A stretch of DNA of 64,000 bases from Chiloscyllium plagiosum (GCF_004010195.1 NC_057759.1:6861853-6925852); one strand, 5' to 3'. Positions 26,534-38,891 are shown, counted from the first letter of the stretch. Notes: generated by a model from the letters alone, not told the origin. Numbers and translations: made by a program.

Positions 26534-27841
26534 CTGTCAAAAGAGAAAGTTAAATTTGTCAGCAAGGCTTATCAAGCATGTGTTCGTTTCTCTATGACGT
26601 TTGGATTAATTTACTAGATTATCTAGCTGCATTTTATTACAAACGTCTTCGCAGCTCACAAGATATATTTGCACTCTGCACATTGTTATTTTTCATCCAA
26701 TGCGTTTGTTTAGAATTGTGATATTTGTTCGTGAACATGTATCTGTCTTTATTATTCAATTCTTTTGTTTTGAGGTTATTAACATAGCGGAAGAATTGAA
26801 ATAATGCTGGATATTGAAAAGAGAGTGTTATTGGACTTATTTTGAAATTACAACACTTTTCTTCCACTTATCAGCAAAAAAAAGTCACAAATAGGAAGTC
26901 GCCAATTCTGCCATAATGAAACTATTGTGCATGCATCTACTTCCGTTGATATTTCTGTTATCATTGTATAAGTGAACGCTTTATATTATAAATTCCATGA
27001 CATTTAGCACCAGGGCTCGCTAATTTTTTTTTTCATTGCATTTTTTACACCAAATATCAATGATCGGAAACAGAAGCATGCTATTGTTATTTTAATAATT
27101 TTACAATTGCGGCATTAATTACTAATACCATTTCAATACAGAACATCCTAAACTTTATAAAGTTTCGAGTTTCTTCTTCCGAATATTACAGTTTCATTCT
27201 TGGTTCAGACATAAACTTTAAAAAAAATCATGTGCATTCTCTACTAAATTAAGAAAATGTAGAGGATAAATCGCAATCTAATCACTTTTTTGTGAATAAT
27301 GACAAAAAGGATTAGATGACTAAATTTAATTCTCTACAAGATATATCACTGAATGTGACTTAAGGTAGTGACATCTTAGCAGTTTTTAGCTGCTTTATTA
27401 ATTGTTTGAGTAATCGCCTTTTTTGAAATGCTGCATTATTTGATTCATTAATGAGTTAGTTAATTTGGTTATCGTTGATTAAAGGTTATTTGATTTATTG
27501 ATTCGTACAGTGGTTGATTTTTTTTTGGCTCATTCACAAATGTATTCAGTACATCATCAATTGATGCATGGATTCATAGCCATAATCAGTGGTTTTATGT
27601 TCAATCAATCAATCAATCAATCATTCTTCTCTTGAAGCTTGCATTATTTCTGCATTCTTAATTATTACACCTGTCGGCAATTTACCGAAATAGAATATCA
27701 AAATTATTTTTGGTTTTACATCTGTATTCCATTGCTATGCCAGTATAAATCAAAAAATACAGCGTCTGGTATCTGCTAAATTTGAAACAGAAACAGTTCC
27801 TGTTGTGCCGAATAAAGAGTGGTTCTGTGAATCTTACTAAC

Positions 27842-28138
27842 GTTTAAAAGTTATCAAAATGGGATCACTACGAGACGAGTTTAGCAACCGTCCATATAGA
27901 TATGCTTCATACAGGCAGGTGTACGTTTCTCTTTCCATCTGCCCGACGTTCTTCAACTCGAAGGTCGCAGAATTGCGAAATACATGAATAGCCTGAATAT
28001 CCATATAATTTGCTTCCACGATCCTCGATAAATAGAATACAATTCCGCTGAATTTCCAAGGGGCAGTGCAGTTCAAAATGATTCCTCCATTCTTACCAAT
28101 AGGAAGAAAATTTTCTGATATGATTGGTTTCGGTAGAT
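27842..28138 (-). CDS. Intact Ig-superfamily C2-type domain exon (LILR/IGSF1/A1BG-like receptor)
   Basis: 297 nt, phase 1-1, acceptor ttcttcttacAG and donor GTTAGT. Translates DLPKPIISENFLPIGKNGGIILNCTAPWKFSGIVFYLSRIVEANYMDIQAIHVFRNSATFELKNVGQMERETYTCLYEAYLYGRLLNSSRSDPILITFK, with two Ig cysteines, FYL, ATF, YxCxY and SxxSDP. Confidence 0.85.
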
Positions 28139-28353
28139 CTGTAAGAAGAAAACAGAAATCAAGTAATGGCAATTAAATACAAGTGAAATAAATTCAATTT
28201 TGATATATTACGGACGTGGACACTGCTATATGACATGAAATAAAAGTCGTATTTGCAGCATATATGGAAGCCGGTAATGTATTAAATTCGAGAGGAAGTT
28301 GGTTATACTGTCAAGAGGATTTCTTCATTTTAACTGAAATCTACTGCATTCAC

Positions 28354-28402
28354 CTGCAAACTGTGAAATGATTCTCGGAGCACTAGAATTAATAGGATGG
28401 AT
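28354..28402 (-). CDS. Candidate small (leader or linker) exon upstream of the Ig exon
   Basis: ttttgctattttttcAG|49 nt|GTGAAT; IHPINSSAPRIISQFA ends in phase 1, in frame with the Ig exon across a ~215-nt intron. Confidence 0.5.
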
Positions 28403-29019
28403 CTGAAAAAATAGCAAAAGAAGTTTTATGATATGGGAATGTGGTTTTGTTTCCAGCTTTAGGTACACCATTGTGATATAATTTGAAAAGCTTAAACAAT
28501 TAAATATTCGACTGTCAATCAAAATCTGTTTTCTGAATTCTCATAAAACACTTCTGAGATCTACAAATGGAATATTGCTTCCATTTCAAGGAATTATACC
28601 GCAGAGGTCAAAGCTAAGTCTTGGGGTTTAATTGGGTAGCAAATCCAAGTTGTTCAAAGTTGAGATTTGCATAATGTTTGAACCATTCTATCATTCACTA
28701 ACGCATTCACGGTGAGACCAGTATTCCATATGAGGCTAAGAATACTGGGAATGCCGTGAATGCAATAAGTTCATTCATGTGCGAAGAAAATTACGCAGAA
28801 GGGTCAAGGACGATAAGAAAATAAACTCTTTTTTTGGAAGATATCGATTTAAGGCAAAATCTTTACTTTATTTTTGATTGTGTGAAAAATCAGCTTTTGA
28901 GTTCAGCTCAATATTTTTCGCTTTCCAAAGCACACATTCGAAATCCATTACTGCAGAGAAACTGTCAGCAGTTGAGCATGGAAGTAATTTCATCGTACAC
29001 TAATATTGCTGGACCAAAT

Positions 29020-30725
29020 GTTATCATACGGAAACAGACAGCCAAACCAATCAGCCTTTCTATCTTTGTCTTTTTAGCACAATAAAATAAAATTATTGAA
29101 GACCCCCCGTATAGCAGCTACAATAATTCGAAAGCATAATTTTGTATAACCAAATCATAGTCTACGAATAGTTATTTTCTGTAGTTTAATCCGTGACATA
29201 ACTACTTATTAAGTACATAATATCTTTAGCACGGACAAAAATTAAAAAAAAAACAACGGGGTAAGCTGATTAACCCCTGCTCTTAAACCTGTAATTTTTT
29301 TTCAGAACCATTCAAATAAAAGGACACGTGGACAATCAAGCACGGTAAAGGGACACATGAAGGAAAGTAGAAAACTGCAGAGATTAGTTAAATGTTCTTC
29401 ATTATGAATTCCATGGCAACTTTACTTTCGAAAATATTGATCAGGATCACTTTCTCCGTTCGCCCAGGCAGAATTATCAATACTTCTAACTGAGTTTCCT
29501 ATTCTTTTGGCTTCCTGGTGCTGGTACATTAGATTAGGCAGGGTGCTTTCAAATGATTAAATTTTCTCTGTGGAAAGAAAATCTGCTAATCTCCCTTTGT
29601 TTTAACAAAACAAAGTTCACATAACTCTGGATTCCTTTGGAATATGGAGCAAACTCTCAGCATCTCCTCTGCAAAATCTCCTACAAACTCTTTGTTAGAT
29701 GTTTCAACGTGTTATATGTTTTGCAGAACCAGAATTAATACAGTGACAATTTTTTAAAAAATGATAAATTGTGATATATGTGGTAATCCTGTCGGTTTAC
29801 GAATAATAGAAGTTTTAGGGTCGAAGTGCACAAATTTTTAGCAATAGCAAGAATTTCTATGACATAATTTGGAAAGCGTGACCTGTCGAACATTGAATTA
29901 AAATTAAAAGAATGTTTTGCTTTTAAGTTTTGATTTAATATTGTTCCTTCTCAGCAGGACACATTGGTAAAGAGACATTGTCAATAATTGAATATGGGGA
30001 TAGTTTCACAGGATACCACTACTGTTACATCAAATATTAAAATACAGAGACAGGCAGCCAAACTAAATAAGCCATCTCTATCTTTGTCTTCGCAGCGCAG
30101 CAAAATTAAACAATGAAGACCACCAAATCGTCACTCCAATGATACTACACCGTAATTTAGAATAACTAAATGCCAGAAGCTGTGAATAATTATTTGTAAT
30201 CTAATCTAATCTAATCTACCTTTGTCTTCGCAGCGCAGCAAAATTAAACAATTGAAGACCACCAAATCGTCACTCCAATGATACTACACCGTAATTTAGA
30301 ATAACTAAATGCCAGAAGCTGTGAATAATTATTTATCCGATAACGCTTTTCTGTCTAAACCATGATACTTATCAATTCATTAGTTGCAGGAGATCTTTAA
30401 CAGAGAGAAAATTACGCAAAGTTAAAGTTATCAGCATCTCTGCTTTAAATCCGAAAAAATATTTTTTGACCCATTAACAGAAAATTCACGCAGAGAAACA
30501 ACTGCATGAATGGATTAAAACCTGGCCAGATTAGAACATTACCCTACACAATGCATTGCTTCATAGGTATAAATTTGCATTCCAAAATTGCCTTGCTTTC
30601 CAAAACCTTGATCAGGTTTCTCTTCTCAGTTCAACCAGGCAAAGACAGAAATACTTCTCAATTCATTTCCAACTCTTAGAGCTCATGTGGACTGGTTTAT
30701 CAGATTAGGCAGAGAGCTTTCATGT
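29020..30725. repeat. Old diverged direct duplication (about 29020-29555 vs about 30040-30725)
   Basis: Shared blocks CAGCCAAAC..CTATCTTTGTCTT..TGAAGACC, TTGATCAGG..CCAGGCA..AATACTTCT and AGATTAGGCAG..GCTTTCA. Confidence 0.75.
30082..30334 (+). repeat. ~114-bp near-perfect duplication flanking a 24-nt (TAATC)n tail
   Basis: 30082-30195 matches 30220-30334 (1 indel); the spacer is GTAATCTAATCTAATCTAATCTAC. Confidence 0.9.
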
Positions 30726-31164
30726 CTTCTTCCTGTTTGAGCAGTTCTCCACAACCATATCTCAGAATACAAAGACCAATGATTCAACTTCAAATTCTGT
30801 TGCCAATCTCATATACTGAAGTTTCAAATTCATTCAATTGCATTGAACATTTGGTTTCGTTCAGACTTTCCAGACACAATTCCCAGATACAGAAATTATT
30901 CATAGCTACCTTCTGTAACAGTTTGAGCACAATGTTCTTCCAGAGCGTTGTATGTCTGGTATTGGCTTTCAGACCATGACTTACAAACAAACTTTCTTTA
31001 TTGGATGTTTTTCCTTAATTTACAAGACAAATCCTCTCAAAGTTCACCAGTTATTTCCAACTCATAATTCAAACACGAAAAAGAATACAAATAAATTAAT
31101 GACAATTCAGCCAGGGCGCATAACAGAAGCCCACATCAACATTACGAACTAATCAATGAAATTG

Positions 31165-31265
31165 ACCTTCATTCCTGATGAAGGGTTTTTGCCCGAACGT
31201 CGATTTTGCCTGTCCTCGGATGCTGCCTGAATTGCTGTGCTCTTCCAGCACCACTGATCCAGAAT
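31165..31265 (+). mobile_element. Penelope terminal fragment with a degenerate hammerhead
   Basis: TTC-CTGATGA-AGGGTTTTTGCCC-GAA-CGTC-GA (one core A missing) followed by GGATGCTGCCTGA..TTCCAGCA. Confidence 0.7.
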
Positions 31266-31377
31266 TCAATTTTAATAGTCAGTTATCCAAATTGCCCTAC
31301 TCGAAATTGTGACAACCGAAAATTCACTGATTTATGAAAAAAGACTCTGTGTTTTAACAGACGTTGGATGTTTATAT

Positions 31378-31577
31378 TGATTAGATTACTTACAGTGTGG
31401 AAACAGGTCCTTCGGTCCAGCAAGTCCACACCGACTCACAACCGACCCAGACCTTTACCCCTTCACCGAACATGGGGAGAATATACAAACTTCACACACA
31501 AAGTCGCCTAGGAATTGATTCCGGGTTGCTGGCGCTGTCAAGCAGCAGTGCTAACCATTGTGCCACCATGCCACCCA
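31378..31577 (-). mobile_element. HE1-type SINE, internally deleted
   Basis: Tail TTAGATTACTTACAGTGTGGAAACAGG and head GCAGCAGTGCTAACCATTGTGCCACC are present; the middle is missing. Confidence 0.85.
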
Positions 31578-32271
31578 AAGACTTTGGTCAGTTTACGAAG
31601 AAACTTGCAATGTTCTCCTTCAAGGAAATTTTATGAGAGGTCATTTCTTGTATATTACTGTCAAACGTATGAGCTTCAGCAACTGACTGTCAGGGTGGAA
31701 TGGAGTTTATTATTGTTATCTCCTCCAGTACATATGCGGCAGTTGATTAATCAAAGATGACATCTCCGGTGTGTCAAAGTCAAAAGAGGACGAAAATTTC
31801 TTTGGAATGGTGTAGAAACTCATAGCATAAGTTCCAATTGTTCGTTTCTAAAGTGAAGAGTTCATGTTGGACATAGGGATCCAATGGAAGGGAATTTATT
31901 CTCTCGCTGAGGTAACACATTTACACGATGTTGAGCCATATACTTACTGTGAAAAACCAGGGGCCTTGAAAAACTTAATACTTCCGGCTTGTTTTGGCTT
32001 AAAGTACGAGAGTTAATGAATATTGACTTGTCGGCCAACTAATGCCAATTTGCAATCTGGCAACAAGTTGATCTGATCTTAGAAATTTGAAATAATTTTG
32101 TCAGTGTAGACTTATATGAGATGAAAGCATCTTTCCATCAATGTTAGTAATCTGTCAAAAACAGCCACTGTTCTAATCAGTTAATGCAGGAGATCAATTG
32201 AATCATGAACTGTCAATAATAGACTGATCTTGGAGAAAGTAAATAAACCATCCTTCTTCGCTGTCACTCAC

Positions 32272-32556
32272 CTATTACAGTAGCATTCATATTCTCACTT
32301 AGCTGGGATTGTAACCATCTTCCAATGACGAAAGTTTCATATTGGCATTGATACAATCCCGTGAACCACACCTGACTGATGGGAAAAGTGCCAGTGTTGT
32401 TCACTGCGATGATTTGGTCAGCGGATAATATTTGAATTCCTTCCCAAATTTAAAGCATTTGTCACGACAATCAGCAAGAGCATTACACGTAATGGTGACT
32501 GATTCTCCCATGGCATTCAATCCAGTTGACTGATCAAGAGAAATTGTTGGCTTCAT
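32272..32556 (-). pseudogene. Ig C2-type pseudo-exon
   Basis: KPTISLDQSTGLNAMGESVTITCNALADCRDKCFKF-(1-nt frameshift)-QILSADQIIAVNNTGTFPISQVWFTGLYQCQYETFVIGRWLQSQLSENMNATVI|GTGAGT; the acceptor was lost at the duplication junction. Confidence 0.85.
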
Positions 32557-33323
32557 TTTGTTTGTTTACTAAACAAATTGTAATGTTGTCCTTCAAGGAA
32601 ATTTTATGAGAGGGCAGTTGCTGTTTATTTCTGTCAAAAGTATGAGCTTTAGCAGCTCACTGTCTGGGTGGAATGAAATTCATTACTATTATCTCTCCTA
32701 TTAAATATGCAGCAGTTTATTAATCAAGTGACATCTCCGGTGTTATCGCTGTGTCATAAGTAAAAAGAGGACGATAGTTACTTTGGAATGGTGTAGGAAC
32801 TCAACATAAATTCTGATTGTTCACTTCTGAATTGGAGAGTTCATGTTGGTCTCTTGCTGAGGTATCACATTTACACGATATTTGGCTATTATTAATTAAG
32901 ACAACTGAATGATATTCAGGCTGTAACACCAAAGATTTGCTGAGTGGCCTCTCCTGTCCTCTATAACATTATATTCTAAAATGCTCAATTCAGTGAACAC
33001 TCGGAAGAGCAGGAGCCATATACCTATTGTGAATAATCACTGACTTGAAAAAAAATGTATTTCTTCTGTATATTTTGGCTTAACAACATTTGAGCTAACA
33101 TATATTGACTTGGTGGCCAACTAATGCCAAGTTGCAATCAGGCAATAGTTGTGTCTGGGTGGACGTGCATGAGATGAAAGCATTTTAACATCAGTGTTAG
33201 TAATCTGTCCACATCAGCCACTCTTCTATCAAGCAATGCAGTCGAACAATTGAATCATGAACTGTCAATAATAGCCTGATTCTGGAGAAAGCACATAAAT
33301 GCTCATTCTTTGCTGTCACTCAC

Positions 33324-33927
33324 CTATTACAGTAACATTCACATTCTCGCTCAGCTGGGATTCTAACCATCTTCCATTGACAAAAGTTTCATATTGGCAT
33401 GGATACAATCCCGTCAATTTAGATTAGATTAGATTAGATTACAGTGTGGAAACAGGCCCTTCGGCCCAACGATTCCACACCGACCTGTCGAAGCGGAACC
33501 GACCCATACCCCTACATTTACCCCTTACCTAACATTACGGGCAATTTAGCATGGCCAATTCACCTGACCTGCACATCTTTGGACTGTGGGAGGAAACCGC
33601 AGCACCCGGAGGAAACACACGCAGACACGGGGAGAACGTACAGACTCCACACAGTCAGTCGCCTGAGGCGTGAATTGAACCAGGGTCTCAGGCGCTGTGA
33701 GGCAGCAGTGCCACCGTGCCGCCCACAACTTCACCTGAGTAACGGGAAAATGCCACTGTTTTTCACTGCGATGAGTTGGTCAGCGGATAATATTTGACTC
33801 CCTTTCAAAAATTTTAAATTTTTGTCACCATAATCAGCAAGAGCATTACATGTAATAGTGACTGATTCTCCTATGGCATACAATCCAGTTGACTGGTCAA
33901 GAGAAATTGTCGGCTTCAGTAGAGGCT
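33324..33927 (-). pseudogene. Ig C2-type pseudo-exon disrupted by a SINE and a 1-nt deletion
   Basis: ctgctgcAG|PLLKPTISLDQSTGLYAIGESVTITCNALADYGDKNLKFLKGSQILSADQLIAVKNSG-(fs)-FPVTQVKL-[SINE]-TGLYPCQYETFVNGRWLESQLSENVNVTVI|GTGAGT. Confidence 0.88.
33421..33725 (-). mobile_element. HE1-type V-SINE inside an Ig exon
   Basis: Full head to (TAATC)n tail; flanked by CAATTT/CAACTT, a near-TSD. Confidence 0.93.
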
Positions 33928-35050
33928 CTGCAGCAGAACAGGTAAAATCAAGATTTAGAAATAAGTATTTTGTGGGTTTTTTTCGTCTACACTAGAATTG
34001 TTACTGAAATCCGTATTCACCAATACTGAAGAAATTTGTTTACTTCAGATGTTTTCTTATCTATGTCGCACCTGTCAGCAGTATGCGCCAATTGCATAAT
34101 GCAACTAATAATCAATCAGGTGATTTTCTTGTAACGTTTCATTGGTGCAATTGGAAATTTAAGGCTATGGGAAAATACGAATTGAGATTGCAATCACAAG
34201 TTCAGATTTCAGACCAAAAAGAAAAAGAAATATTCTTGCTCATATGTAGACAGCATATGAAATGAACTTGTTCAAAGATTCCTATTTCAAACGTAATTGA
34301 AAATGAAAGCTTGTGACCTATTTCAAAGACAAAATAATTGAAAGAATTATCTTGGTCTCATCCAAGTAACTCCCTTTGAGAATATTTAGCCACCATACCA
34401 TCTACCCTGGTCACTTTGACAACTGTCAACAATGAAGATCTGTGTCTGATATTCAGCACTGACTCAGCGTTACATTAACAGTGAAAGTTTATTCGATTCC
34501 TCACTGTCATGCCAGTATTGGCTTTAGTTATTAAATTACTAATCCTGTATTGAGACTTAATAAGCAACATGAGAATTAAAAAAAAACTGTGGATACTTCC
34601 AGTCTAAAACAATGGCATAAATTGATGGTGAAACACGATCGCCTAGTTGCATCTGTGGAGATTAAGCAAGAGTCAATGTTTCGGGTTCAGTAGGCCTTCT
34701 TCAGAAACCAGTTCTCCATCAATTTTTGCTTGTCTTTGCAACAGTAGCATTTATTCGTATGTCTTCACTTCAAATCTAAAGGATTCCCATCTGATTAATC
34801 GGGCAACTAAAAGATACCATTCCATGTTGTTAGAGATGTTCTTATGACTAAACTATTTTACTCCTTCCAAGGCTAATATCTGATCCTTAACACAGCATCC
34901 AAGAATTGTTAACTAGAACTGCCGTTGGGATAGGGTAACGGTGTAAAAGTATTTCCCCTCTCTTTTGAGTTGTGTCCTCTATACCTGTATAAGTTGTCAT
35001 AAGGATCCGAGTTAAGAATCATCTCCATTAATCATTAACTTGCAATGCAA

Positions 35051-35368
35051 TTAGATTAGATTAGATTACTTACAGTGTGGAAACAGGCCCTTCGGCCCAA
35101 CAAGTCCACACCGACCAGCCGAAGCGCAACCCACCCATACCCCTACATCTACCCCTTACCTAACACTACTGGCAATTTAGCATGGCCAATTCACCTGACC
35201 TGCACATCTTTGGACTGTGGGAGGAAACCGGAGCACCCGGAGGAAACCCACGCAGACACGGGGAGAATGTGCAAACTCCACACAGTCAGTCGCCTGAGGC
35301 AGGAATTGATCGCGGGTCTCTGGCGGTGTGAGGCAGCAGTGTTAACCACTGTGCCACCGTGCCGCCCA
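35051..35368 (-). mobile_element. HE1-type V-SINE, full length
   Basis: GGGCGGCACGGTGGCACAGTGGTTAAC head, V-domain and (TAATC)n tail. Confidence 0.95.
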
Positions 35369-35550
35369 CAAATGTCAACAGTTGCATTCAAGGTAATTAT
35401 TAATTAGTTTGCCAGAACTTCAATGTCAGATTGGAAAAAAACAACCTCTCAGTCAGAATAGAATACTTCAACTCTGAAACAAGAGCTGGATTCGGTTTTT
35501 TTAAACGTACTGACTGTGTTTGCGATAAAATGTTATTCCCCTTCACTCAT

Positions 35551-35830
35551 CCTCTGTAGTGATAGGTCAAGTTTCACTGAGTTTGGACATTAACTGCTTT
35601 CCATTTACAGAGCTTGCGTATTTGCATTCGTACAGCTCTTCCTAGCTCATGCTGACGCCTGTGTATATTCCAATGTTATCTTTTTCGATAAATTGAGGAG
35701 CGTTCTGTCGTTGATTGTACTTGTAAAAGTAGATTTCATCATGGTTGCCTTTACTAATTTTGCACGTAATGGTCACCATTTCTCTTGATAGATATACTCG
35801 GGATATACTCTTGATAGATATACTCAGTGG
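35551..35830 (-). pseudogene. Ig C2-type pseudo-exon (more diverged paralog)
   Basis: VYLSREMVTITCKISKGNHDEIYFYKYNQRQNAPQFIEKDNIGIYTGVSMS*EELYECKYASSVNGKQLMSKLSET*PITTE; two stops, donor mutated to ATGAGT, and an 18-bp internal duplication at 35782-35825. Confidence 0.8.
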
Positions 35831-37227
35831 ATCAGTGGGAAATTAAATGCAATAATAGAGACACAGAAAGTGATCTGTGAACGTTGTAATAGATGTTTAA
35901 AGATGGTAACTAAACAAAGTTTGTGTTGTTTTCAAGGGAAGTTGTGCAATGGTCATTGAAACTCTCCAAACGGAAAATACAAGCTTGCATTTGGAAAGTG
36001 CTATGGATCAGAGCAAGCCGCTTCAAAATATATCAAGGAGTAAGCCGAGATTTTAAATTTTAACTTAATTGCAAGCAAGTCAAAGACGCTGTGTTCCACA
36101 AGTAATGCGATTGGTCCAGCATTGGGCTTTATATAAAATAAATGTTATTCTTAAAACACAGCTAACATACAAATAAAACGCAGAAGAATACGTTTAGCTC
36201 TGTCGAAATACTGTTAAAATTATTCAACCACGATTAGTAAACCGTTCCAACATAGCAGCAACCCATATACAAACATTTGGCAGAGGCAAATTCAGAAAAC
36301 AAGTTTTTCTCACTTGCTGCCTCTCTTCCAATCCAGGAGAAGTTAACACTGAAAGAACGATCTCGCAGGAGAGAGACAGCTCAAGCTTTTTTTCTCTGGA
36401 GCAGAGAAAGAGAGCTGTGCCCAGCAGCTTCTACACCCAATTCCATATCATTCTTCTACCACCAAACCTCCATAGTCCTTCATTAAAGTCGGCTAACGTA
36501 TTGGCAGCTACATTCTGCGTTCCTTCCACGTTTATAATTTTCAAATTCAATTGCTTTAGCAATGGTGTCCATCTAAATAGTCTGCTGTTTTTTTTCTCCT
36601 AGGATTTCAAAGGGTTATGATCAGTTTTTATAATTGTCTGACATATTTTACTTGCAATACCAATGTTGAAATATTGCAACGCCACAATCAAACTCAACGT
36701 CTTTTTTTTTAATGGTTGAACATTCCTTTTGATGGATGTTCAGCATTTGAGAGAAATTGCCAAAAGCTTTGTTTTCTATCATCTCGTTGACTTCTTATAA
36801 GGGTATAGCACTAACACCCACATCACTCGCATTGATACCCACTTTAAAAAGCTCTGCATTATTACGTATTGCTAACACCATAGCAATTATCAACACAGAT
36901 TTCAGGGTGGCAAATGCCTTCTGTCACTTTTCCGTCCATTGAAAGTTTTTCCACTACTTCAACACGTCATTCAGTGGAGAATCCACACTGAAATATGACT
37001 TGGGTTTTTGTAAAATTTCTCCTAACCAGATTTAATACTAAGTCTGCCTCCCGAAGTTGGTTGAACAATTCTATTGGATGTTCAGAATGTTCCCTGCCCA
37101 TGAGACTAGAAATTAGTCAGGAGAATGTGTATACCATATAATTCAGTGATCCCAAAATTATCTTATTAGTTAGATTTTCTGATGTGGCTGCCATATTTCT
37201 CATACCAAATGGCATTAAATTGAACTG

Positions 37228-37605
37228 CTGAGGGTGACCTTATAAAGATTTACAAAATTTGAGGTACATGGATAGGATAAATAGACAAAGTCTTTTGCCT
37301 AGGGTTGAGGAGTCCAGAACTAAAGGGCATTGGCTTAGGTTGAGAAGGGAAAGATATAAAAGGGACCTAAAGGGCAACATTTTCATGCAGAGAGTGGTAC
37401 GTGTATGAATGAGCTGCCAGAGGATGTGGTGGAGGCTGGTACAATTGCAACATGTAAGAGGCATTTGGACGGGTATAGGAAGGGTTTGGAGGGATATGGG
37501 CTGTGTGCTGGCAGGTGGGACTAGATTGGGCTGAGATATCTGGTCGGTATAGACAGGTTGGACCGAAGGGTCTGTTTCTATGCTGTACATCTCTATGACT
37601 CTATG
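37228..37605 (+). mobile_element. CR1 3' end inserted in the RT of element A
   Basis: CTGAGGGTGACCTTATAAAGATT.. through to a CTCTATGACTCTATG tail. Confidence 0.88.
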
Positions 37606-38891
37606 TAAAGTCATTCAGTTTCATGAAAGCCCAAAGTATCTTAGTTCCTTTGAATAAAGGGACGTACCTCTACCCTCTAAGCAAGTTCAGCATGGAAATG
37701 TAAGTTGCTTGTCAAATCTTCTGAATATGGACTTCGGCTACGTGAAATAGGGTACCAATTGGATTTCATAATTGCATAATAGCCCACACACAATCGTTGG
37801 GGGCCACATGGTTTTTGCACCATCGCTATGAATAAGCTGCATTTGCTGTAGCTCCTTTTGATTATGTTGTTACTGAGCATGTGTTCAATTTCTTTTTGAA
37901 ACTGTGGCAATTTCAGTTGGTTGTTTCTTTGTGGATGTTGATTAATCAGAAGAGAATTTCCTCTCTATGCATTATCTGCAATCAGTTAAGTACTTCCCAG
38001 CTTATTTCCATATATCTGTCTGCGTGATTATAGTAACTTCATAAGGTCATTTCGATTTTTCACTGGAAGGTAACCCAATAATTTATCACAATGTTTGAGA
38101 ACTTCATTTATGTTCAATTTAACTTGAGAAATTTCAAATTCGTAATCATCTGGATTTGAGTCTTCAAACTGAATTGTAAATAGGAACACATTCTCCCTTG
38201 GCTTTCCTGGCCTATGAAAATGCCATTTGCATATTCACACGACAGACTTCGTGAGTTTTCCTACCATGTAGGGTTCTCATTAAATAATTCATCTCACTTA
38301 ATTTCATTTCGAATTGCAAAGGCCCAATAATCTTTGCTTTTAAAGGTTCGTCTACATAGCATAGGAATGTTAACACTGTATGTCCATTAGTGGAACTTCA
38401 CATTTTTGATTGCTTGTTTGCTTTCTGTTTGATCACGTTCTGGGGTACTTTATAAAGCTGTTTAGCCAACTCACCCATCTCTCTAACATTTGACACACAG
38501 TCCAAAAATATAGTCTCTTAACTCTGGATCAGCAATTTGTCCTCAATTAAATTAAGAGGCCCTCTCACCTGATGTCTGCAAACTAATCCAAACGGACTGT
38601 CTTGAATTGATTCATTATGTGAATCACTAATTATATAAAAAAAGTATGCATTGCATTATTTTACACCAATGTTTTGGAGGCTGTTGATAATAGGCCCTCA
38701 ACATGGTCTTTAATATCTGATGCTACCGTTCCAATGCTTGCTGTAATTCTGGATAGTATGCATTTGATTTAAATAGTATTACACTGAAGCTATCCATAAC
38801 TTCCATGAATAATTTGATGTAAAAATTTATTCAATTGAATCTCTGTCGGTGGTCCTCATTGAATTTGTAAAAATGACGTGCCTCCATCAAA

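Larger units (their letters stand above)
31585..33927. repeat. Tandem duplication of an intron + Ig-exon unit (31585-32556 and 32565-33927)
   Basis: Both units start ..AATGTT.TCCTTCAAGGAAATTTTATGAGAGG and are colinear through the exon; a third, diverged start lies near 35905. Confidence 0.88.

Noticed and set aside
35290..35368. tRNA gene
   Set aside because: The A/B boxes belong to the tRNA-derived SINE head and continue into the V-domain.
35075..35407. Recurrent ORFs such as DCGRKPEHPEETHADTGRMCKLHT (also at 9665, 33444, 38831 and 41024)
   Set aside because: Antisense translations of the HE1 SINE, not a gene family.
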